From an uncultured Candidatus Bathyarchaeia archaeon (GTDB taxonomy: Archaea > Thermoproteota > Bathyarchaeia > 40CM-2-53-6): a stretch of 64,000 nt of DNA. The position numbers and the translations under genes were made by a program. Shown in pieces: positions 49,846 through 58,459 of the stretch (position 1 is its first letter; every line of letters starts with the position of its first letter). Location of the stretch: the NCBI GenBank assembly GCA_964649235.1, contig CAZYOZ010000002.1:4542-68541 (forward strand), in the 5' to 3' direction. The notes beneath the pieces are model-generated. The model saw nothing but the letters and a program-made list of their open reading frames with translations, was not told the origin of the DNA and made no database searches.

Positions 49846-50808
49846 TTACGGGAACTTGGGGCTCAGGGAGCCGTGGGGGCAGGCGTCTACGCACTCCATG
49901 CACATTATGCACTCGGGATCGTTGAATTTCTCCCAAGGCAGGTCGAGAATGTTGATCTGCATTGGGCAACGAACTTCGCAGTGAGGGCACTTGGTGCACT
50001 TGACCGGGTCCCTCTTGATTCCCGCCAAGCTGTACTTCTGAAAGACAGCCATCAAAGCGCCCGTTGGGCACGCGTATCTGCACCAGAAGCGGGGGACCTT
50101 CCAGGCAGCAGCAAAGAACCCGACCAGGATCACAACTCGAAGCGCAAGGAGCGGTGGAATCTGGTTCAGTTGCCCCCAGATATCCTGAAGCGTTGGCGGG
50201 TGGGCTATGAAGTCGGCGAAATTCTCACGTGCCATCTTGATGAGGGTCGGCACCGTGCCGAACAGCGTTCCATCAGGGGAAATTGCAATGAACGGGCCAG
50301 AGGCGAACGGTCCTAGAGCCGCCTTATAATCCGACCCGACACCCAAATACAACGCTAAGCCTAGGGTTCCGCTAATCAGCAGTGTCGAGAACAAAACTAG
50401 ATACTTGAACTTCCTGCCGGACTTGTGCGCTCGAGGCGAAATGAAATCTAGTCTCCCTTTCAGCGTCGTTATGATGTCTTGAATGAAACCTATCGGGCAG
50501 ACCCAACCGCAGAACGCGCGGCCGACGACTGCGCCAATCAGAAAGATTGCCCCAAGTACAATCCAAGGGAACTCAGGCTGCGACAGTTCGAGTTGCAGAA
50601 GATCCAAGGAGCTGTACACTGCAGTTGAAGGTGAGTTGATGCTGGCCAAAATCGGTAAACCAAACGGTACCGCTCTCAAGTCCAGATACGGATAGATGAG
50701 CGTGAAAGCGAGAGCATTCACGGCAAGAAGAGACAGCAACTGTACTATGAAACGCGGAAGCGTCCACTTGAACTTGAACCTACGTAGATCCTCGTCTTCT
50801 GAAGCCAA
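49846..50808 (-). CDS. Membrane-bound polyferredoxin (NapH/CcoG/YccM-like 4Fe-4S protein)
   Basis: 320 aa with TM helices carrying CGWVCPIGFIQD and CRYACPTG, plus the C-terminal clusters CTKCPHCEVRCP and CIMCMECVDACP. Confidence 0.75.
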   Translation of the reverse strand: MASEDEDLRRFKFKWTLPRFIVQLLSLLAVNALAFTLIYPYLDLRAVPFGLPILASINSPSTAVYSSLDLLQLELSQPEFPWIVLGAIFLIGAVVGRAFCGWVCPIGFIQDIITTLKGRLDFISPRAHKSGRKFKYLVLFSTLLISGTLGLALYLGVGSDYKAALGPFASGPFIAISPDGTLFGTVPTLIKMARENFADFIAHPPTLQDIWGQLNQIPPLLALRVVILVGFFAAAWKVPRFWCRYACPTGALMAVFQKYSLAGIKRDPVKCTKCPHCEVRCPMQINILDLPWEKFNDPECIMCMECVDACPHGSLSPKFP

Positions 50809-50817
50809 ATTTGGTCC

Positions 50818-50958
50818 TCACGGCAATGGGATGACGTATGCACGAAGAATTTGTGACAAGGAGTCGAATTGGCTGATGTAGAGTCCAACCATGAGCGCGG
50901 TCAAACCGACAAGAATAGCGAAAGCAGCAGCGGTCCGTTTCAAGCGATCACTTCGCAT
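50818..50958 (-). CDS. Possible 46-aa single-TM protein immediately upstream of the polyferredoxin gene
   Basis: It reads MRSDRLKRTAAAFAILVGLTALMVGLYISQFDSLSQILRAYVIPLP. Its stop lies 10 nt before the next start. Confidence 0.3.
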   Translation of the reverse strand: MRSDRLKRTAAAFAILVGLTALMVGLYISQFDSLSQILRAYVIPLP

Positions 50959-51213
50959 TGCTGAAGCAAGATTTCGCTAGCGATGAACTCAGCTCGTAAT
51001 TATACCTTTCCAGCCTCAGCCAATGCACGTCGAATGTCTACTGAATCATGTGCGTGATGTGCGGGCCAGCCTCTTACTCCCGTTGCGAATGACATTTAGA
51101 CCTGAACTTTACGGCACGAGGGTTGAAGCTCAAACCAAAGACGGATTCTGGGGATGAAATTATCGCATGAACCGAGAAATCTTACGCGCTGTCCGCATTG
51201 GCGAAATTGAGTC

Positions 51214-52287
51214 TTACGTACGCCAATGTCCTCTATGCGTGTCCGCGCCGAGATAGACCACTGGTAGCTCACATTGCCAGCAGATTCTGCTTTCCCGGGC
51301 GATCTTCGCTCCGCAATGGTAGCACACTTTGACTGACGGTTTCTCAGAGGCGGCTTCACGCGAATCTCGTTCCATAATTGCTGGTTTCCACGTATTGTCT
51401 TCAGCTACTGCAAGTTCCCGCGCTTGGATTCGTCTCTGGCGAAGTGCCCGATACGGAGCCAAAACAAGCCCTACGGCCAGGAACGTTACCAAGATTTCCA
51501 GTATCGACACAGGACCGTACCGCATCCACAGAACGGACAGGATGAACTCAAAAATCGGCCTGGGCATTTCCTGCTTGGTTATGGGTTTACCGTCTTCTTG
51601 AACGGCTTCTGGGGGAATCATCGCATAGGGGATGCTTTCCGGCAACTTAACGGGATTCGTAGGCATGTCCTTGATGCTGTTCACTTTGCTCAACAGGTAA
51701 ACCGTGTAAAGGTTTAGCGTTGAAGGCAATGTCGCATTATATTCAAGGAAATATGGATTCATCAAGTCAGGAAATTCCGTATCATTGAGACCGAGGGCGT
51801 GCCCCAATTCATGTGTTGCCACTGCTTGAATCTGCTCCTCGCTTAGGTTGCTCCCTCGAGAAGTCAAATCGAGGCTGATGCTGACAGTGATCTTTGTCAG
51901 GACCCCTTGCACATCAAACCAAACTCTATATTCGGTCGTGCCCAGTTTCTTCGATGTTTGTGTTTCGTTGAATGCGATCGTGATTAGACTGGTGAAGTTC
52001 CTGTCCGCTTCGTGGAACAACAATGGGTTGCCTGCGCCGGCCATGTACCTCATAATGAACCATTGCTGCGCGAAGTTCCACGTATTCATCGCCTTGAGAA
52101 CGGCGTCTCGTGCGTAATGTTGTTTGCTTGATTCGATCCGAACCGGAATGCCCTTAGTTGGCCAAGCGAATCCGTATAGTGGTTGAACTTCACCTCGATC
52201 CGCCATAACGCAGGAAATACTGCCATTCAAAACCAGCAGCAGAAAAACAGCAAAATGACCCTTGCTCCTGCACCGCAGCCTAAACAA
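51214..52287 (-). CDS. Secreted, membrane-anchored metzincin-like zinc protease with a C-terminal cytoplasmic zinc ribbon
   Basis: 357 aa with an N-terminal signal/TM, THELGHALGLNDTEFPDLM (HExxHxxGxxD plus a Met-turn-like element), a TM near residue 270, and CYHCGAKIARESRICWQCE. Confidence 0.7.
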   Translation of the reverse strand: MFRLRCRSKGHFAVFLLLVLNGSISCVMADRGEVQPLYGFAWPTKGIPVRIESSKQHYARDAVLKAMNTWNFAQQWFIMRYMAGAGNPLLFHEADRNFTSLITIAFNETQTSKKLGTTEYRVWFDVQGVLTKITVSISLDLTSRGSNLSEEQIQAVATHELGHALGLNDTEFPDLMNPYFLEYNATLPSTLNLYTVYLLSKVNSIKDMPTNPVKLPESIPYAMIPPEAVQEDGKPITKQEMPRPIFEFILSVLWMRYGPVSILEILVTFLAVGLVLAPYRALRQRRIQARELAVAEDNTWKPAIMERDSREAASEKPSVKVCYHCGAKIARESRICWQCELPVVYLGADTHRGHWRT

Positions 52288-52405
52288 TCTGACTCAACAG
52301 CTCCACAATCGACCTGGCAAAAGAAAGAGATGTCACCTGACATTCGAGTGCCTGGCTACAGGCATCTGCCTCGCGAGATGCATTTCGCGACTTAGAACGG
52401 TTATT

Positions 52406-53656
52406 ATGGTTCATAGACGCTATCAGGAAGCCAGTCCCCAAGACCTCGTGATTAGATTGCTTCACATTGCTTCGGAATCAGACATCAAGCACGGCGAAAC
52501 TACAGACGTTTATTTTGTGAGGACAAAGCAGGTTCTCGATGCGAAAGGCCTCTCAAATGTTCACGCTTTGGCTGAAGTCACAGCAAGCAGTCTCCCACTT
52601 GACTGGACATGGGGAGTACTCTGCGGTGTTGAGGAGGCCGCCCACCTGCTGGAAGGACTGCCAATAAACGTCGACAGTATTCCTGAAGGAGTGATTTTCC
52701 GAATCCGCGATCATCTTGGTGTGCGCTTACCCGTAATGGCTGTCGAGGGCCCCTACGGCAGCTACTGTGAATACGAAGCTCCGCTGCTGGGTTTGCTCTG
52801 TCAGTCCTCCGGGATTGCGACCATGGCGGCGAGGATCCGCAAGGCCGCCGGGGACAGGCTTCTCATTTCCTTCGGAGTCAGACGCATGCATCCTGCTCTG
52901 GCACCCATGATCGACCGAGCAGCGTACTTGGGTGGAATGGACGGTGCATCAAGCCTCATTGGGGCGAGGACTATTGGGAAATCGCCTATGGGAACAATGC
53001 CGCATGCGCTAGTGATTATGATGGGAGACCAAGTTGCTGCTTGGAAGGCTTTTGATGAAATCGTCCCGTCTGATGTTCCCCGTGTAGCCTTGGCGGATAC
53101 TTACTACGATGAGAAGGCAGAAGCCATAATGGCCGCGGAAGCTCTTGGGAAGAGGCTTTTCGCAGTTCGACTCGACACGCCTGGTTCACGTCGAGGAGAC
53201 CTTGCGGAAATAATAAGGGAAGTAAAATGGGAACTCAGCATTAGAGGGTTTGAGCACGTCAAGGTGATAGCTTCGGGAGGGCTTGATGATCGGAACATCC
53301 CATCTCTTGTAGAGGCAGGTGCTGATGGTTTTGGTGTCGGTACCGCCGTTAGCAACGCGCCAACTATCGACTTTGCCCTTGACATCATTGAAAAGGCAGG
53401 CAAACCAGTAGCAAAACGCGGAAAACTCGGAGGCCGCAAGGATGTTTGGAGATGCCCCGAATGTGTAATTGACAGAGTGGCTAAGAAAAGTCAGGACTCA
53501 CCCCGTTGCCCGAACTGCGGAAGAACAATGAAGGCGCTGTTAGAGCCACTAATCAGGGATGGAAAACTTGTCGCGAAACTTCCAAATGTTGATGAAATTC
53601 GGAGCAAGCTCTTGAGTCAACTTTCGAAGCTGAGAGAAATCTCTAATGTTGCCTGA
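52406..53656 (+). CDS. pncB: Nicotinate phosphoribosyltransferase (archaeal type, with a C-terminal zinc ribbon)
   Basis: It shows NAPRTase-family similarity (TDVYFVRTKQVL, MGTMPHALVIMMGDQ, VRLDTPGSRRGD). The start is set at ATG 52406, because the track start at 52262 overlaps the divergent gene. Confidence 0.8.
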   Translation: MVHRRYQEASPQDLVIRLLHIASESDIKHGETTDVYFVRTKQVLDAKGLSNVHALAEVTASSLPLDWTWGVLCGVEEAAHLLEGLPINVDSIPEGVIFRIRDHLGVRLPVMAVEGPYGSYCEYEAPLLGLLCQSSGIATMAARIRKAAGDRLLISFGVRRMHPALAPMIDRAAYLGGMDGASSLIGARTIGKSPMGTMPHALVIMMGDQVAAWKAFDEIVPSDVPRVALADTYYDEKAEAIMAAEALGKRLFAVRLDTPGSRRGDLAEIIREVKWELSIRGFEHVKVIASGGLDDRNIPSLVEAGADGFGVGTAVSNAPTIDFALDIIEKAGKPVAKRGKLGGRKDVWRCPECVIDRVAKKSQDSPRCPNCGRTMKALLEPLIRDGKLVAKLPNVDEIRSKLLSQLSKLREISNVA

Positions 53657-53786
53657 ACGAAGAGATGGAAAACATCACAATAGCTGGCCTCGAGAAATAA
53701 TTTTGCATCCCTGAAAGACTTAAATTGGAACATCTTTTGTTACTCGCCCGCAACTTTCACATCGCATCGATGAATCGGCGAAGCTC

Positions 53787-54455
53787 ATGAGCCCCAGTTT
53801 CGGTTCCGCATTTTTGGCGAATCAATCGATCACCTACAGGGGTCGAAACTTCACAAGCACCTGCCTCTCCTGTAGAGACTTCATGAACTGCTGTGGAAGG
53901 ACTCAGTCAACGGAGTTTGACGGTGGGGTAGCCAGCAAGAAACCCGGTCTATCCAGACGCGACTTCTTGAAGATCATGGGCGGAGTTTCCGCAGCACTAG
54001 CTGCGGCCCCGTTTGCGGCGGCTGGGCAGTATCTAATCCCGCCGGTTCCAACTTCCTTCAACCCGGTCGAGATCGCGAAGACCTCTGATGTTCCAGTAAA
54101 TGGATCTATAGTTTTCTGGTTTCCGTTCACGACGGATCCAACCTACACGAATATGCTGATTCACCTTCCCCCCAATTTGGCTAAGGAGACGGGACGGGAG
54201 TTCGTGGCCTATAATCGGACGTGTATCCATCTTCAATGCCTTGTCTCATATCTGGACAGCTCGCAGGTAATCGGTTGCCCGTGCCACGGTAGCATATACA
54301 GGCCAACTGACGGGTGGCCAATCGCCGGACCGGCAGCCCAGATTGGAAGATATTTGCCCAACGTTCAGCTACGCGTTGATGGCGACCAGATATATGCAGT
54401 GAACCTCAAACTGGATGATATTGGATATGGCAGCTCAACAGCCCCCCCAAAGTGA
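53787..54455 (+). CDS. Rieske [2Fe-2S] protein with a Tat signal
   Basis: It has SRRDFLKIMGG (twin-arginine) and the CIHLQC...CPCHGSIY cluster motifs. The likely start is ATG 53883. Confidence 0.88.
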   Translation: MSPSFGSAFLANQSITYRGRNFTSTCLSCRDFMNCCGRTQSTEFDGGVASKKPGLSRRDFLKIMGGVSAALAAAPFAAAGQYLIPPVPTSFNPVEIAKTSDVPVNGSIVFWFPFTTDPTYTNMLIHLPPNLAKETGREFVAYNRTCIHLQCLVSYLDSSQVIGCPCHGSIYRPTDGWPIAGPAAQIGRYLPNVQLRVDGDQIYAVNLKLDDIGYGSSTAPPK

Positions 54456-55812
54456 GAAGAGCCCGGTCCAGCTCCTGATCGACTGGTTGAACCAGCGACT
54501 CGAGCGAACAATCTTCATGGGCCTGCACTTCACGCTTCCTAAGAAATTCGTCAGTCCTCTGGGCTTCTTGGGATTCCTGACATTCTCCGTCTTTGCGCTC
54601 CTTGGAATTTCAGGCGCCTTGCTTATGCTATTTTACAGTCCCACCGTCATCTACAATGTTGCGACCGGCACCTCCACAACGCCCTTCGACAGCGTCAGGA
54701 ACATCGACACGACCGTGCCTTTCGGATCGGTGCTTCGCAATATTCACTATCATGCATCAAACGCCATGGTGCTACTTGCTGTCGCACACATGTTTTACCA
54801 GTACTTTTCTGGCCGATACAAGTTGCGCTATGAGGTTCTGTGGGTCACAGGAATCATCCTAGGGATCCTGACCATAATTGAGGCCTATACTGGATACGAC
54901 CTTCTGCTGAATGTCCGGGGCATGCTTGCAATCAACATCGGTCGTGCTCTGGCGCGCAGCACTCCGCTGATGGGCCCGGAAGCATTCCGGCTCATGGCGG
55001 GCACAGGCCTAGCTGACCTTGTCCTCAGATTCTACGCGGTTCACGTCTTCATATTTCCAATGATCATGATTCTGATAATGCTGGTGCACTTTCCGCGGTA
55101 TCTGGTGCTCGATATCCCAGTGGTATCGATGGTTGCAGGCGCAATCATGGTCGTCGGCGGAATGTTTCCTGTAGAACTCGGGGCCAAGTTTGTTCCGACC
55201 GCCGAGGCGGGCATCACGATGCCGGAATGGTATCTCACGGGCATGTATGCCATCATCCGGACAGGGATTGACCGATTTCTTGCAGGAGTAGTGATTCCTC
55301 TTCTGTTTGTGATAGTCTTTCTAATTATCCCGTTTTTTGACACTAGCCGGAAATTATCTGTGCGCGACAGGCCTTTCTACTCGGCAATGGGAGTGGCCGG
55401 TCTAGGCCAGCTTGCGTTGACTACAGTCTGGGGTTTTAGAGCGAACAACATTTTCTTCCCGCTCGACACGATCCCGCAGCTGGAGATCGATCCGTTCGTC
55501 TTCTTTGGGTCCGTGATCTTGGTGGGGGCAGTGGCCTACTCAGGAATCTACCTTTGGTTTAGAATTACGGCTCCGCCGCCTGGGACGCGTCCAACCCACG
55601 CTCCCAAGCGCTTTCCAGTCTACACAATGTCCTCGAATGAATGGCGTGCAGTCGTCTTGTCCCTTCTGGGATTTCAGGTGCTGTTTGACATTTATTCATC
55701 TCAGGCCTTCTTAGCCGGCTTCAAGAACATAGTACTTCTGCAGATTGGAGTTGGCCTAATTGCTTTCGGAGTTCTTGTGCATCTCTACCGAATTGGAGCA
55801 GAATCAAAGTAA
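54415..55812 (+). CDS. Cytochrome b (fused b6 plus subunit IV-like) of a bc/b6f-type complex
   Basis: 465 aa, multi-TM. It has two His pairs (RNIHYHASNAMVLLAVAHMF and FYAVHVFIFPMIMILIMLVHF). The likely start is ATG 54427. Confidence 0.85.
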   Translation: MILDMAAQQPPQSEKSPVQLLIDWLNQRLERTIFMGLHFTLPKKFVSPLGFLGFLTFSVFALLGISGALLMLFYSPTVIYNVATGTSTTPFDSVRNIDTTVPFGSVLRNIHYHASNAMVLLAVAHMFYQYFSGRYKLRYEVLWVTGIILGILTIIEAYTGYDLLLNVRGMLAINIGRALARSTPLMGPEAFRLMAGTGLADLVLRFYAVHVFIFPMIMILIMLVHFPRYLVLDIPVVSMVAGAIMVVGGMFPVELGAKFVPTAEAGITMPEWYLTGMYAIIRTGIDRFLAGVVIPLLFVIVFLIIPFFDTSRKLSVRDRPFYSAMGVAGLGQLALTTVWGFRANNIFFPLDTIPQLEIDPFVFFGSVILVGAVAYSGIYLWFRITAPPPGTRPTHAPKRFPVYTMSSNEWRAVVLSLLGFQVLFDIYSSQAFLAGFKNIVLLQIGVGLIAFGVLVHLYRIGAESK

Positions 55813-55824
55813 GGGTGATTAGAC

Positions 55825-56286
55825 TTGGCGCAACAACCTCAAACGGTACATGGACCTTGGGTCGGTGCCACAGCTGTTTTGCTGGTAATCCTTGCTGGGA
55901 CTGGGATGTTCTACTACCAATACGTTATCCTCCCTGCGACTGTTGGACCTCCGCATGTTCCTGAGAACATCGAGATCGACTTGGTGGCCGAGCAGTGGAA
56001 TTTCATGGTTAACGGAACCATAGACACCCGCTCGACGCCTATCGTGGTCCATGTTGGCGACAACGTGACCTTTCATATTCACGCGGCATTCCAGCAGGAC
56101 CCATCCTTCAATCAGCACGGCTTCTTCATACAGGGCATAATGGAAGTGCCAGTTACTGTCCCTGCTTCAGAAGACATAACCGTGAGCATAGTTCCCACTC
56201 AGCCAGGAGAGTACTCGATAATCTGCACAATCTACTGTGGAACGGGACACGGCAACATGCGTGGAATCTTGCAGGTGCTTCCATAA
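55825..56286 (+). CDS. Single-TM cupredoxin with a CuA-type site (heme-copper oxidase subunit II-like)
   Basis: 153 aa. The pattern H-x35-C-x3-C-x3-H-x2-M (HGFF...CTIYCGTGHGNM) and AEQWNF match the CoxB cupredoxin domain. Confidence 0.7.
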   Translation: MAQQPQTVHGPWVGATAVLLVILAGTGMFYYQYVILPATVGPPHVPENIEIDLVAEQWNFMVNGTIDTRSTPIVVHVGDNVTFHIHAAFQQDPSFNQHGFFIQGIMEVPVTVPASEDITVSIVPTQPGEYSIICTIYCGTGHGNMRGILQVLP

Positions 56287-56308
56287 CCTGCGAGGGAGCT
56301 CAAAACGC

Positions 56309-57196
56309 TTGCAGACCACCGCCACGCAGACTGTCAAGAACTACATTGAAGTCACGAAACCCCCTATCGTCCTTCTTCTAGTCTTCACGTCGCTTGCAAC
56401 TATGATTCTGGCATGGAAGCACACTCAGCTGCCGCTCAGACCAGAACTCTTCCTCACCGCGGCCGTCGCGATCACCGCAGCCAGCGCTGGCTGCGACACG
56501 CTGACGTCCTACGTGGACCGCGACATCGATGCCGTCATGTACCGTACAAAACATCGACCAATCCCGAGTGGGCGCATCAGACCAACCCGAGCTCTGATCT
56601 GGGGGCTATTTCTCGCTGCGGCGGGATTGGCCCTAGCCTACTGGATCAACATGTTGTCCTTTGCCTGGATCGCGCTCGGTGTGATTGACAATGTTGTGGT
56701 TTACAGTCTCATCCTGAAACGCAGAAACCCCCTGAACATCATCTTGGGCGGCATCAGCGGTGGCCTGCCAGTCATGTTCGGGTGGAGCGCAGTTACCGGC
56801 AGTGCTGAGCTCCTGCCGGTTCTGTTGGCGGCCCTAGTGGTGTTGTGGATTCCCGGGCACATTTGGAGTTTAGCGATATTCACTAGGGAAGACTACGAGC
56901 GGGCGAAGGTCCCTATGCTGCCTGTCGTTACCAACCTGAAGACCGCGTTAAGATGCATCGTATCCACAATTATGTTAATGGTGCCCTTCTCCGTTTGGAT
57001 ATTCTTCGAAGGTTCATTTGGGCTAATATATCTTGCAACAGCAGTTTTGTTCGGGACACTGGTTCTATACATTAACTTCAGACTGTTTATGCGTCCCGAC
57101 AACACACTGGCGTATAAGGCGTTCAAGACCTCTAGCCCATATCTGTTCGCTCTGTTTCTGGCGATGATGATAGATAGTTTCGTTCGCATAATCTAG
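56309..57196 (+). CDS. ctaB: Protoheme IX farnesyltransferase (heme O synthase)
   Basis: UbiA-family motifs are present (YVDRDIDAVMYRTKHRPIPSG, NPLNIILGGISGGLP). The start is placed at TTG 56309, after the upstream stop; the track start at 56237 overlaps the previous gene. Confidence 0.85.
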   Translation: MQTTATQTVKNYIEVTKPPIVLLLVFTSLATMILAWKHTQLPLRPELFLTAAVAITAASAGCDTLTSYVDRDIDAVMYRTKHRPIPSGRIRPTRALIWGLFLAAAGLALAYWINMLSFAWIALGVIDNVVVYSLILKRRNPLNIILGGISGGLPVMFGWSAVTGSAELLPVLLAALVVLWIPGHIWSLAIFTREDYERAKVPMLPVVTNLKTALRCIVSTIMLMVPFSVWIFFEGSFGLIYLATAVLFGTLVLYINFRLFMRPDNTLAYKAFKTSSPYLFALFLAMMIDSFVRII

Positions 57197-58371
57197 GCTA
57201 TCAGCGAGATCAACCGTCCGAGCCCTGCAGGTACCCTGCAGGTAATCACGTCTTTGATGCCTTTAGTCCCCAGAATACGCAACACAATGTGGAACAGCAT
57301 GTCGTTTCCCATGAAATGATCCGCCAACCGCCTCAGCTTCGTCGAAACAAGCATCTCGGAACCGATGGCCTGCTTCCACCGTTTCTCGTACTCCGATAAT
57401 GGTATGCCTTTCTGCAAATGATCCGCTGCCACTTGGCCAGCAATCTCTCCTGTAATCATCGCCGTCGAGATACCTCCGCCGTTTGTCGGCATTACCATTC
57501 CAGCCGCATCTCCTACCGCCATCACTCGATGCGAGTAGGTACGTTCTAGCGGACCGTCGACCGGAAGCACATCTGCAATCATCGGCCCTAGCTTTCCGCC
57601 TTCCAATTTCTCCTTGGTCATTAGACATCGGTTTAGAAAAAATTCCAAGTAGCCTTTGCCGTCGTTTCGCTTCGAGAAGGATGTCCGGATTCCAATGCCG
57701 ACGTTGGCAGAGCGGTTACCTTTTGGGATTATCCAGCCGTAGCCGCCGGGCGCAAATTCAGCTCCCATGTACATCTCTGTGACGCTCTGATCCACGTTCA
57801 GACCCATGATCAGATACTCGTAGTTGATCGCAACATTGTTGGGAGTCATATAATCCTCTGTCAGGATTCCTGCTGATTTCGCCACCTTCGACGGAAATCC
57901 GTCAGCCGCAATCACTACTTTTGCCTTCACAGCGCTGGCCCTATCTTTGCCTACGAACAGGTCTCCGCTATTTGTGAACAAGTCAACGGGCGTCCGCAAC
58001 TGAATTGTGCCGCCGAGTGCCTCGACCTGTTCTGCTAGCCTCTGCTCGAGGGTTGTACGATCTAGAACGTAGGCCTCGAAATCAAACTCGAATTCTCTGC
58101 CCTTCGGCGATATGACACGAATGGTCTTGCACACATTGTCTACGGCTTCCTGCGGAACATCGAAAACATGCATGTGGTCTGTAGCATCGGGAAGCAAGTA
58201 CTCCATCTCTTTTCGGACGGGGAAGTATTCGCCGCACTTCACCGGCAACCCCACAACTTCCTTCTTGTCAAAGATGTGAACGGAGAGGCCTCGTTTTAGC
58301 GCTTCAAGCGCTGCATACAGTCCGCCGGGTCCGACTCCAGCCACCACCACATCAGCAGACTTGCGTTGCAT
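57193..58371 (-). CDS. Geranylgeranyl reductase (digeranylgeranylglycerophospholipid-reductase-like)
   Basis: 392 aa with DVVVAGVGPGGLYAALEALKRG, VKCGEY and GDAAGMVMPTNGGGI motifs. Confidence 0.82.
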   Translation of the reverse strand: MQRKSADVVVAGVGPGGLYAALEALKRGLSVHIFDKKEVVGLPVKCGEYFPVRKEMEYLLPDATDHMHVFDVPQEAVDNVCKTIRVISPKGREFEFDFEAYVLDRTTLEQRLAEQVEALGGTIQLRTPVDLFTNSGDLFVGKDRASAVKAKVVIAADGFPSKVAKSAGILTEDYMTPNNVAINYEYLIMGLNVDQSVTEMYMGAEFAPGGYGWIIPKGNRSANVGIGIRTSFSKRNDGKGYLEFFLNRCLMTKEKLEGGKLGPMIADVLPVDGPLERTYSHRVMAVGDAAGMVMPTNGGGISTAMITGEIAGQVAADHLQKGIPLSEYEKRWKQAIGSEMLVSTKLRRLADHFMGNDMLFHIVLRILGTKGIKDVITCRVPAGLGRLISLIA

Positions 58372-58459
58372 GTCGCGACCACGGATTCCGAATCAATGAA
58401 GTGGCTGGACGCGCAAATAAAACGGTTCGCTCGAAAATCACTGAGGCTTCAGATTCAAC

